Shown: positions 1-9,960 of the stretch, piece after piece
Numbering within the stretch: the stretch's first letter is position 1
Layout of the letters: each line of letters begins with the position of its first letter
Source: Camelus dromedarius
Lineage: Eukaryota
Reading direction: 5' to 3'
DNA: 64,000 nt
Assembly: GCF_036321535.1 (NCBI RefSeq)
Contig: NC_087454.1
Location: 19,592,001-19,656,000 of the forward strand
Translations under genes and position numbers: made by a program
Notes under the pieces: model-generated
Told to the model about the DNA's origin: nothing
Seen by the model: the letters and a program-made list of their open reading frames with translations, nothing else
The model's database searches: none

Positions 1-613
1 GGGACTCCAACGGAAGGAGGAAGGGCGCACGCGCTGGGGCGGGGGCGGGGGCAGGACTGTCTGGGATGGAGCATACTAAATGAGTTCTTACTTGACCCCT
101 CAACTTCAAACTGGCCCCTAAACCTTTCTAAAGAAGGCAGGGGAGAAGATAAAGAGCTTGTGTGCGCAGCCGCAAAACGACAAGGGAGAGGGTCAATAGA
201 CAGGTCCCGGATTGCAGTGACTGAGATGACAATTTGTGAACGGACTTTCACAGGGAAGGTGGAAGTGTAGTTTTCTTTAAACTACTCTGTGGCGGGGTGA
301 GGGAGAGAGCTATCTGATTGGTCAGCAGTTAAAGAGAGGGATTAGATTGCCTCTGGAATCTCTTGGGATCTTTTGGTTAGCAACAATGTAATAGAAAAGA
401 GTTTGTAGTTACCCTTCCCTCACTATCCCCCTTGACTGAGTCTCCACTTTGCAAACCTTGAAGAGCTTTGCAGATAGGTGGGGTGAGAACTTGTAACACT
501 GCCGAGAATATACCTGGCTTTACTGGTTAGATTAAGAAATGAGTAATAGAAAAAAACAGGATCATCAGTCCTTTAATCCATTCTGATGACCGTATTTTCA
601 TGTCTACTCTTAG

Positions 614-3600
614 GACCACCCAGCCTTCTGGGCCCTCCCCCCATGGCCAATGGAAAGCCTGGCGACCCCAAGTCAGGTGAGGAGGAAGGGGCCCTGATCC
701 TTTGGTTAGGTCCTGGAGAAAGGAGCAAGGGAGGGACTAAAACCTAAAAAGGAATTAAAATTTAAAAATCAGGGATTTTGTACGTAAATGAATGGAGAGA
801 TGTTGTGTATTGATAGATTGGAATACTCATTGTTGTAAAAATGCCAGTTCTTCTCAAATTGATCTGTAGATTCAGTGCACTCCCGGTTATAATCCCTACA
901 ATGTTTTGGTAAAAATAAACATTCTACATTATAATATGGAAATGCAAAGGATCAGAGTGAGACTGCAAAGACTGTCTTGAAATGGAAGGGCTTACCCTGA
1001 ATGTCAAGACTTATTGTAAAGCTACAGCAGTTATGACGGTGTGATATTGGCGCAACAATGGACATGTCAACAGAACAACATAAAGAGTTCAGTAACAGGC
1101 CCGCACATAAATGGCCACCTCGCTTATGATGAAAATGGAACTGAAATAGTGGTCTTTTCAGTAAATGATGCTGGATTAATTAGATATTTGTGGGGAAAAA
1201 AAGAGAAATTTGATCTCCTGTTCATACCATATATGAATGTCAATTCCAAGTGGACTGTAGATCTGAGTATAAAAGATAAATTATTCTAGAAAACAAATAT
1301 ATTTCATGATCTTAAAGTAGATTAGAGTTCTTAAACAGACAAGAAACACACACACTAACCGTAAAGGAAAGATAAACTGAACTACGTTAGAAAATATGAA
1401 CTTCTGTTAATCAAATGACACTAGTAAGAAGTTAATAAGAAGCCCTAGTGTAGAAGAGACTTGCAACAAATATAGCCTTTAAATAAAGAGCTCAAATCTA
1501 GAATTTATAAAGAACTCACTGACAATGGGCAACTCTGGAACTCTCTGGAAAAATAGGCAAAAGACCAGAACAGCCACCTCATAAAAACTGAGATCTAAAT
1601 AGCCAAAAACATGAACAAGAACTCAACATCATTAGTCAAATAAATGCAAGATAAAAACACATAACTTTGAAACTGAACCCCTTGTATACTATTGGTGGGA
1701 TTGTAAAATGGTGCAACCACTATGGAAAACAGTATGGAGATTCTTCAAAAATTTAAAAACAGAACTACGATATAATCCAGCAATTCCACCTCTGGGTTTT
1801 TATTCAAAAGAGTAGAAAGCAGAATCTTGAAGAGGGATATGCACATCCATGTTCTTAGCAGCACTATTCACCATAGAGATGGAGGCCAGCCAAATGTCCA
1901 TTGATGGATGAGTGGGAAACAAAATGTGATATAATCATACAATGGAATATGAGTCAGCCCCCAAAAAGGAAGAAAGTCCTGTCATGTGCTATAGCACAGA
2001 TGAACCTTGAGGCCATTATGCTAAGTGAAATGAGCCAGTCACAAAAAGGCAAGTACTGTATGGTTCCACTGATGTAAGGTATCTAAAGTATTTAAAATCA
2101 TAGAAGCAGAAAGTACAATGGTGGCTGCCAGGGGCTGGGTGAAGAGGGGAAAAGTGAGTTGTTCAGTAGCTATAAACTTTCAGTTTTGCAAGATGAAAAA
2201 GTTCTGGAGATGTGTTTCCCAACCATGTGAATCTACTTAATGTTATGGATATGTACACTTCAAAATAGTTAAGGTGGCAAATTTTTCATCATGTGTTTTA
2301 ACCACAATTAAAAAAAAAAACACTTTTCACACCAGAATGACAAAAATGAAAAAGATCAACATTACCAAGTGTTGTCAAGGAACTACCAGTTGTATGGAAC
2401 AACTGCTCGTGGGAGCGTGAATTGGTACAACCACCACTTTGGGGGAAAAAAAGGTTTGACTTTCTTAAACTTGAGTATACACATACTCAAGGACCCAGTA
2501 CTCCCTTTACTGTGTATACACTCAACAGAAAAGCATACGTGAGTGTAACAAAAACATGTATAAAAATGTTCATAGCAGCATTTTTCATTATAGCCCCACG
2601 CTGGAATCCACCCACATGTGCACCATCAGTAGAATGGATAAATAAGTTGTGTGTACACGCAATAGGATACTACACTGCAATGAAAATGAAGGAACTCCTG
2701 CTACAGGTGACCTGGGTGAATTTCATAAACACGATGTTGAGTGAAAGGAACCAGACACAGGAAGAATGCACACTGTATGATTCCATTTATGCAGAGTTCA
2801 AAAACAGGCAAAAACTAACCTATGGTGCTAGAAGTCAGGATACTTGTTTCTTTTGGGGAAGAAGGTGGGATGGTAGGGAAGGAGGGCCGCAAGGGGGTAG
2901 GGCTTCTGAAGTGTTAATAAGGCTCTGTTCTTTCTCCAGCCTGTGTTAATGGACACTCAGATGTGTTTACTTTGGTGATAATTGAGTTGTGCACTTAAAA
3001 TTGTGTATCTTTTTGTATGTATATTGTACTTCAATAAAAAGTTTTTAAACAAATATGAAGGCTTCATTATCTGAGTTTAGCCGGCCATTGATCACTTTTC
3101 CATGTTCCTCTCTCTCTCTCTCCCCCTCTTTCCAGCTCTTCACAGAGGTCCTCCGGGATCAAGGGGACCAATAATCCCACCGCTGCTGAGTCTCCCACCT
3201 CCTCCCCGGGGCAGAGGCCCAATTCGGGGAGGCCTAGGCCCCAGGTCTGGCCCATACGGTCGTGGTTGGTGGGGAGTCAATGCTGAACCTCCTTTTCCTG
3301 GACCAGGCCATGGAGGTCCCTCCAGGGGAGGCTTTCACAAAGAGCAGAGAAACCCTCGAAGGCTCAAAAGCTGGTCTCTTATCAAGAATACCTGCCCACC
3401 CAAGGATGGACCCCAGGTTATGGAAGGTGAGGTCCATTTTCTTTATGCCTGCACACATTTACTAGCCATCACTCCCAGAGTGACCCAGTGCCCAGAATGC
3501 CTGTGGCTCTTCTCTGGGCTGTCCTTTGTCTTTTCGAAGTAGGAGTAGCCCTGAATGTTTTTTCTCCCAGGGGAAAGACTACCATTCCATAATATCTGGA

Positions 3601-3806
3601 AATGGTAATGAGTAGGAAATCTGTCTTCTCTGCTTTTTGTTACAATTTTTTTTTCTTCTCAGTCGCATTTTAAATTGCCTGATTTTCACTTGTTCACAGA
3701 CAAATCCGACCGCCCTGTCTGCCGACACTTTGCCAAAAAGGGCCACTGTCGATACGAGGACCTCTGTGCCTTCTACCACCCAGGCGTCAATGGACCTCCT
3801 CTGTGA
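614..3806 (+). CDS. PRR3: Proline-rich protein 3 (CCCH zinc finger), coding exons 2-4; exon 1 is upstream of the window
   Basis: Exons 614-676 ([21 protein letters not shown]), 3136-3426 ([12 protein letters not shown]...KDGPQVME) and 3700-3806 ([35 protein letters not shown]). All junctions are AG/GT and phase 1, and the peptide matches PRR3 as recalled. Confidence 0.96.
770..3050 (+). mobile_element. Old LINE-1 (L1M-type) fragments filling PRR3 intron 2; at least two pieces, one nested (~1665-2310)
   Basis: Recognisable L1 ORF2-end and 3'UTR phrases (ttggtgggattgtaaaatggtgcaaccactatggaaaacagtatgg; ccaaatgtccattgatggatg; gaaaaagttctggagat) with A-rich ends near 2310 and 3040. Boundaries are approximate. 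ORF 2422-2949 is a decayed L1 remnant. Confidence 0.8.
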
Positions 3807-4977
3807 GACTGTGCCTTCCCATCCAGGCTGGAAGGAGCCCTCTGACCTAGCGGCCATACACTTCCCTAGGGCCCTGAGATGGCTACTCTGAGGTGGTTTC
3901 ACTCACTACCCTCAGTCAGTGATGCCCACCCCCATCGCCACCTCCCCAACTTGGGGTCCAGAGTTGTTCCATCGCTGGTGCGCGGTGTGCACTCTTCTGA
4001 TCCCGCTTCCAGAGACTCGTCTTCAGGACCCCATCTTCGCTCCATTCAACTGCCTCCTGGATCCTTTTCCCCCTCGCCGACTGACTGCGGAACAGGAAAC
4101 CTCTTTGGTGCTGTTTCTTGTGCATCTGTCTGCCCAGCCCCCGGGATTGCCCTGGATTCCTGAGAGCCCTGGAGCAGTTTCCTGCCAATCCCTTCTTCCA
4201 GCTACTTGTTTGAAGTTCTTTTTACGTGACAGCCCCTACCCGCAATGTTGTCAGCTGCTCCGTGACACTCATCAGGTCGTCTGACCTGGGGTCAAGTGTG
4301 GATGGCTGGTCCAGAGTTACTCCCCGAGAGGCCACTCTCCCTGCTTCTGGATTTCGTAGTTTCTGCGTCAGTAGCATGATCCCCACCGCTATGGTCTGTG
4401 ATCACTGTGCTTTGTGAAACTGTGCATCCCCTGTAGCCTTTCTCGGTGTCTGTGGCATTTTTGTGACTTCCCAACACTAGAGTAAGTTTTTCTGCCAAAA
4501 CGAGTGGGGCCGTCGGTGCCCTCTAGACTTCCCCACCTCCCAACATGGGAGAATTGTGAAACTTCACACAAGACTGCCTCCCTGGTCCTGCCCGTTCCTC
4601 TCCTGGTGTCGGTTTCTCTGGGTTTGACACAGGCCCGAGAGATGTCCTTCAAAGCCTCAGATGGGCCTACCCTGTCTCCTCTTCAGCCCATTTTAGTTAG
4701 ACTACTTCATTGTGAGGCCACCAGCCCTTTCGTTTGAATTCTGTGAATCTCCACCTGGGCTACCTGTGGGTGGAACTTGGATAGTACTGTCGCCCTCTTC
4801 CAACCTTCTTCCCCTGCATCCCTGGCACTGGTTGTTTTCTGTGAAAACGGCAGTGAACAGGCTCAGTTTTGAACTGGCCCTGAGGAAATGGGTCAGGAGT
4901 TGTGTGGGCAAGAGGGAGGGGTGAGAGCCGTTGGAGAACTGAGAATGAATTTTTTTTTAACATTTTTTTACATTAGT

Positions 4978-4983
4978 AATAAA
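4978..4983 (+). terminator. Probable PRR3 polyadenylation signal AATAAA
   Basis: AATAAA about 1.17 kb after the PRR3 stop, preceded by U-rich sequence. Confidence 0.6.
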
Positions 4984-5269
4984 CACAGTGGAAACAAACA
5001 TTTTCTTTAATCCCTGTGTTCCAGTCATCTCTGGAAATGCAGATGAGGCTGTGCTTGGAGTCAGTTTATTCTTCATTGTGTTCGTATGCAGTGGTGATAG
5101 AAGTTTCTTCCAGTCTGAAGGAACCCATTATCCTATGGGCATCAACTGGAGCAGGCTGCATTACGTTCAAGGGTAAAGTTTTGTTGGAGAAAGGAAAGGC
5201 CAGGTATCCATGGAGTAATTTTTAAACATTTTACCCATGTTTATGGTTTGAGTGTTAATGACAAAGCAA

Positions 5270-5915
5270 TATGTCGATAAATATTTGTAGAGCACCAGTG
5301 GGCCAGGCAGTATGCCAGGCACCAGAGATAACAGAGCCAAAACCAATGAATTTAAGATCTACAGTGGGAGGCATGTTCATCAAGAAATCACAACTTCACG
5401 TGAAGCACTTGTCCAAAGTGCAATGAAGAAGCGAGACCTGGTGGGAGAGTATGTAATAAAGGCAGTCTGGGAAGATGGCAACGGGGACAAACTGAGGACA
5501 AGCAGAAGGTGAGGTGGGAGAGCATTGTCCAGGCAGAGGTGTTAAGAGGACGTGGGAAGAGTGGGAGGTGAGGCAGGAGGAAGAGGACCTCGACCTCTCG
5601 GCCTTGCAGGATGTAAGGGTCTTTTGGAAGTGGCAGTTAGAAGGTTACTTGAGTAGCCTGAATGAGTCGTGCTGGTGGTGTCTTGGGTAGCAGAGTGGGG
5701 AGAAAAGTGGACATTTGGAAATAAGGGATCAAAATGAAAGTATTTTAGGTTTCTCTGGGTCATTCTGGCTTGCATAACCAAGTACCCATTTAGACAGAAA
5801 GGTATTAGGAGAAAAACAGAATGCCTCTAATTGTTTTGGAATGGTTGAGTCTGAGCTGCCTTTTAAGACATTCAAGGAGAGCAATTAAGTAGTTGGGTAT
5901 ACAGGCTTGGTACTC
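5270..5915. mobile_element. LINE-2 fragment (degenerate)
   Basis: Purine-rich L2-like phrasing (gcattgtccaggcagagg, gtacccatttagacagaaagg, agcaattaagtagttgggtatacagg). Family assigned by eye. Confidence 0.5.
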
Positions 5916-5932
5916 AGATTAAAACTGGAGAC

Positions 5933-6078
5933 GGGGGAGGATATAGCTCAGTGGTAGAGCGCATGCTTAGCATGCATGAGGTCCTGGGTTCAATCCCCAG
6001 TACCTCCATTAAATAAATCTAATTACCTCCCCCCAGAACAAACATGAACTCCCTACAGAATTGTTACATTAAAAATAA
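5933..6078 (+). mobile_element. tRNA-Ala(AGC)-derived SINE (camelid-type) with A-rich tail
   Basis: GGGGGAGGATATAGCTCAGTGGTAGAGCGCATGCTTAGCATGCATGAGGTCCTGGGTTCAATCCCCAGTACCTCCA has A and B boxes and is followed by ttaaataaatctaattacctcccccc. Near-identical flanks aaaactggagac (5921-5932) and aaaactgtagac (6079-6090) form a candidate TSD. Confidence 0.85.
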
Positions 6079-6179
6079 AAAACTGTAGACATAAATCTGA
6101 GTTATCTGCGTGTAGGTAGTGGTTGAAGCCATGAGCATGGATATATTCATTCACTCTAAATAAACACCTACTATGCCCC

Positions 6180-6570
6180 AGTTTATCAGCTTTAAGTTCA
6201 GTTGTAACAGAAACCAAAATAAGTCTTAAAGCAAGATAGACGTTTATTATTCAAGTCAAGAGGTCATACAACACTTGTGTGACAATCATGCCACCACAAG
6301 GTCCTCAGGTATTCAGAACACCTCCTCCCCCCAGCCCTCAGCTCCATGATTCTTGGGGTCAGACCCTCCTAGTCACAGTCTGAAGTGAAGCTCTAGCTTG
6401 TTTATTTATCCTCCAAGCCTCAGGATGGAGGAAGGGCAGAGGAAATTACCAAGCTAACCTACATGTTAACATGTTACTGGCCATAACTTAGTCCTGTGGC
6501 CAATACCTAGCTGCCAGTGAGGCTTGAAAAGTACTCTTCATCAGGCAGCCACGTGCTAAGCAAACAATTG
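6180..6570. mobile_element. MaLR (MLT1-like) LTR remnant
   Basis: Phrases such as gttgtaacagaaaccaaaat...gtttattattc and ggccataacttagtcctgtggccaatacctagctgc resemble MLT1 LTRs. Family not verified. Confidence 0.5.
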
Positions 6571-6579
6571 GCTTTTCAG

Positions 6580-7660
6580 CGCCAATGTGTAAAAACATTA
6601 GGGTAGGATGAAATCCTCAACCAGCACCTCCCTGCTAAACCTTGGGCATGCAATAAGAGAATAACACAGTAAACGTGTCAATGCCCTCCAGCCAGAGACC
6701 ACACAGGAACCATCTATAGTTAAACAAAGGTGGGTCTGTCACCTGCAGAGATCTCATTAAGAGAGGATTAGGAATGATAGGATTAGGGGTTTATGTTAGG
6801 TGATTTGGGGGAAGATTCAGGGAAGTGGGGAATCTGGGTTTATAACCTGCAGAGATCTCATTAAGAGGGAGGGATGACAGGATTAGGGTTTGTGTTAGGT
6901 GATTTGGGGGAAGATTCAAGGAAGTGGGGATTTGGTCTATATTGGGTGCTTACAGGCAGGGGGTGCATTTCTATGTACATTTTAGTAGTCATCCTTTGGT
7001 ATCTATCATCCTTNNNNNNNNNNNNNNNNNNNNNNNNNNNNNNNNNNNNNNNNNNNNNNNNNNNNNNNNNNNNNNNNNNNNNNNNNNNNNNNNNNNNNNN
7101 NNNNNNNNNNNNNNNNNNNNNNNNNNNNNNNNNNNNNNNNNNNNNNNNNNNNNNNNNNNNNNNNNNNNNNNNNNNNNNNNNNNNNNNNNNNNNNNNNNNN
7201 NNNNNNNNTGCAAGGTAAATAGTTGCTGGTCTGCAGCAAATTTAAGTTTTGCATTTTGGAATTTTCTGGATATATTTTTTCCCCTAGCATTTCAATCCTA
7301 GGTTAGTTGAATCCGAAAATGTGGCAGCTGTAGACACGGAGTCTCATCCAGAGAGGAGGAATGAAACATGGCAAAAAAGCAGCCAGGACTCATTTTGGCT
7401 GAGAGGGACCTATTTAGCATTTATGGTTTGTTTAGTGACCTTGTTTTTTGTCTGCGCTTTGACAAGGTTATAGACTTTGTCTTAACCTCATCACAGTCAC
7501 AGATTGGCCTTGTCTGACATTGGTGTTCTGTGAGGTTATGTTCAATGTGAGAACATCACAGCCTTGATGTGAGGGCCAGGTCAGCTCTTGGCAACACCAA
7601 GGCCTAACTGTTAGTGTCAGGCCAGTTCCCAGTTGTCAGGGGCTGTTCTTCCTCAAAGGT
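6580..7660. mobile_element. Probable ERV LTR-like sequence, interrupted by an N-gap and a short DNA-transposon piece (~7230-7340)
   Basis: LTR-like composition with an internal tandem duplication. ggttagttgaatccgaaaatgtggcagctgtagacacggag resembles a Tigger/MER2 end. Family not assigned. Confidence 0.4.
6741..6929. repeat. Two-copy tandem duplication, ~104-bp period
   Basis: acctgcagagatctcattaagag...gattaggg...ttaggtgatttgggggaagattca.ggaagtgggg occurs at 6741-6830 and 6845-6929. Confidence 0.9.
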
Positions 7661-7679
7661 AAGCAAATGAATAATTACA

Positions 7680-8900
7680 GGTTGTGATTAGTGATATAAA
7701 GAACATAATGGGGCACTAGAGAGAGGATAATGGTTGGGGGCTACGTAAGATGTGGTTAGGATAGACCTCGCCAAGGAGTCTGTAGCTGAAATCACCTGAG
7801 AGTGTCAAATGGGAAGACAAGAGGGCCTAGGAATTAGCCTAGAGGAAAGCTGATATTTAATGGCCAAGGGAAGAAGGACAAGGATGAGCCTGACAAGGAG
7901 ACTAAGGCGGGATGGCTAGAGAGGCAGGGAGAGATCTTTAGAGTGTGGCATATTCTGGTTGCTAGCTCCATGCCGGGTACCATGCTAAGTTCTTCCCATT
8001 CATTGTCTTATTTAAGCCTTACATTCATCCAGTGAATACTCAGTGCCTATTCTGGGCCAGGCCCTGGGATGTATCAGTGAAAAAGACCAAATTCGGGCCC
8101 ATATAGTGCTTTAGTCTATTGGGGATAATAGGCAATTAATGAGCTCTACCACTGGGCTCTATTACCCAGTAATATAATCTTAAGACATAAATGCTGTGAA
8201 GAAAAACAGTGAGGGAAGAGGCTAGAGAGTGACAGAAGGAAGAAAACAGGTCATTACTACAACAGATAGGGCTTTGAGGAGGTAACATGTGAATAAAGGC
8301 AGAAATTAAGTGAAGAGGCTATCATATGAATATCTGGAGGAAGTGCATTCCAGGCATAGGGAACAACAAGGGCAAAGGCCTGGAGGCAGGAATAAGTTTG
8401 AGAGGTTGAAGTAAAAATAGAAGGCCAGTGTGTCTAGACAGTAGGAGATGAGATCAGGAAGTTCAACTAGAGATCTCAGAAAGGATGCCGGGTAAACAGT
8501 TGGATTCATGAGCCTGGAGTTTAGGGCAGAAGTTGGGATCAATAAGAGACATTTGGGAATCTTCACCAGTTATGGATGGTATTTAAAGGCATGAGACAAA
8601 GAAGAGTGTCAAAGATTGAGGCTGGAGGCACTTGAACATTTAGACTTCAAGGGGAGAAGTCAGGAAAGGAGAGAAAGGGAGCAGACAATGAGATGGAAAG
8701 CAAACCTGGAGAGAACTGTGCCCTTGAAGAAAGCAAAAAGGGGAGGGAGTGACCATCAGTCAAATGCTGCTGGGGAGTGAGTAGGATAAGGACAGAGAAC
8801 TGGCCCCAAACTGTTGACCTTGGCAAGAGTGGATTCAGGCAATGGTAGGGACAAAAGCATAGACTATAGTAGTTTAAGGAGAGAACGGCAGATAACAAGG
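7680..8900. mobile_element. LINE-2 fragments upstream of ABCF1
   Basis: Typical L2 phrases (tgaatactcagtgcctattctgggccaggccctggg; gtgcattccaggcatagggaacaacaagggcaaaggcc; caaatgctgctgggg). Confidence 0.6.
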
Positions 8901-9099
8901 CTATTGGGAACGCCTTGCTTACACACCTATTCAGTGGTAGAATTAGAAGTGAACCCAAATCTTGATTGTGTTGGTGATTTAATGGCTGTATACATGTCAA
9001 AACTTATCAAAGTGTACACTTGGAAGTTTATTGCCTATTTGTGCAGTTTGTCATATCTCAATTATACTTCAGAATAGCTGTTATCAAAAAAAGGGGGGA

Positions 9100-9960
9100 G
9101 TGAACCCAAGGTCCACCGCATCGTGATTTCTGTTGGGCTAGAGTTCCTCCTGGTTTACACCTCTACACCTCGGGGTTTTGTGACACATCTGAACGCTAAA
9201 CCGACAAGGCCTCTTCCTGAGTTGGTGGACTGCGCCTTTCTGTCGCTAACCAGACGTAAGGGGCAGGCAGAAGGTAGCGTTCAGCTTAAAAAAAAAAAAA
9301 AAGAAAGGATGCTTCACCCTTTCGAACTAGTCGGAAATTACTACGTTCAGTACTTAGTCACGGCATCGCGGAGTTCTCAGATCCTCATAAAGTCTGCTGA
9401 TGCGACCGGACTAGGCGGACTCCGGTCACGCCCCTTCATTGAAGGTCACGCCCCCACTGGAAGCAGACACGCCCCCAAGATGATGGTGCGGCGCCCACGT
9501 GCACCGCCTGGGGGCGGGGTCAACTGTGTCTAGAGCCCGCCTGGTTCCGGGCCCCACGCTGCCGGAAGCGGAAATAGCGCCCGGCGCAGCTTGAGTTGCA
9601 GTAACTGCCACCGCGATGCCGAAGGCGCCCAAGCAACAGCCGCCGGAGCCCGAGTGGATCGGGGATGGAGAGAGCACGACCCCGACAGGTGAGGCTGGTA
9701 GGCAGGAAGGGAAGAAGAGAGGAAAAAGAAGAGATGGAAGTGTCCGCGTGTTTTAGGAGAGAGTCACGGGGCGCGAGACTGACCCGGCCGTGCGGGGATA
9801 CTGCGCATGCGTGCAGTGGACTGGGACGAGTTTTCCCTGGCCGGAGTGCTTTTGAGGTGCGGCCGAAAGAAAAGGTGCCGGGGTGTCGCGCAAGAGCTTC
9901 AGTGAGCCTGGGCAAGAGACTAGGAAGAGCATATGGTACGGAAGGAGAGATGGGGAGCAA
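9100..9960 (+). promoter_or_regulatory. ABCF1 CpG-island promoter
   Basis: CpG-dense. Contains three CACGCCCC KLF/SP-type boxes (9424-9476), a GC box, tandem ETS sites CCGGAAGCGGAAAT (9562-9575) and an NRF1-like TGCGCATGCG in intron 1. Confidence 0.85.

Noticed and set aside
2422-2949. 175-aa ORF in PRR3 intron 2
   Set aside because: Decayed L1 ORF2/3'UTR sequence, not a gene.
3879-4963. Cluster of 60-120 aa ORFs in the PRR3 3'UTR
   Set aside because: Overlapping on both strands, several with non-ATG starts, and no recognisable homology; expected by chance.
5933-6008. Possible true tRNA-Ala gene
   Set aside because: The acceptor stem is disrupted, and the SINE tail and TSD are present. The copy at 9969-10046 has a mutated anticodon loop.
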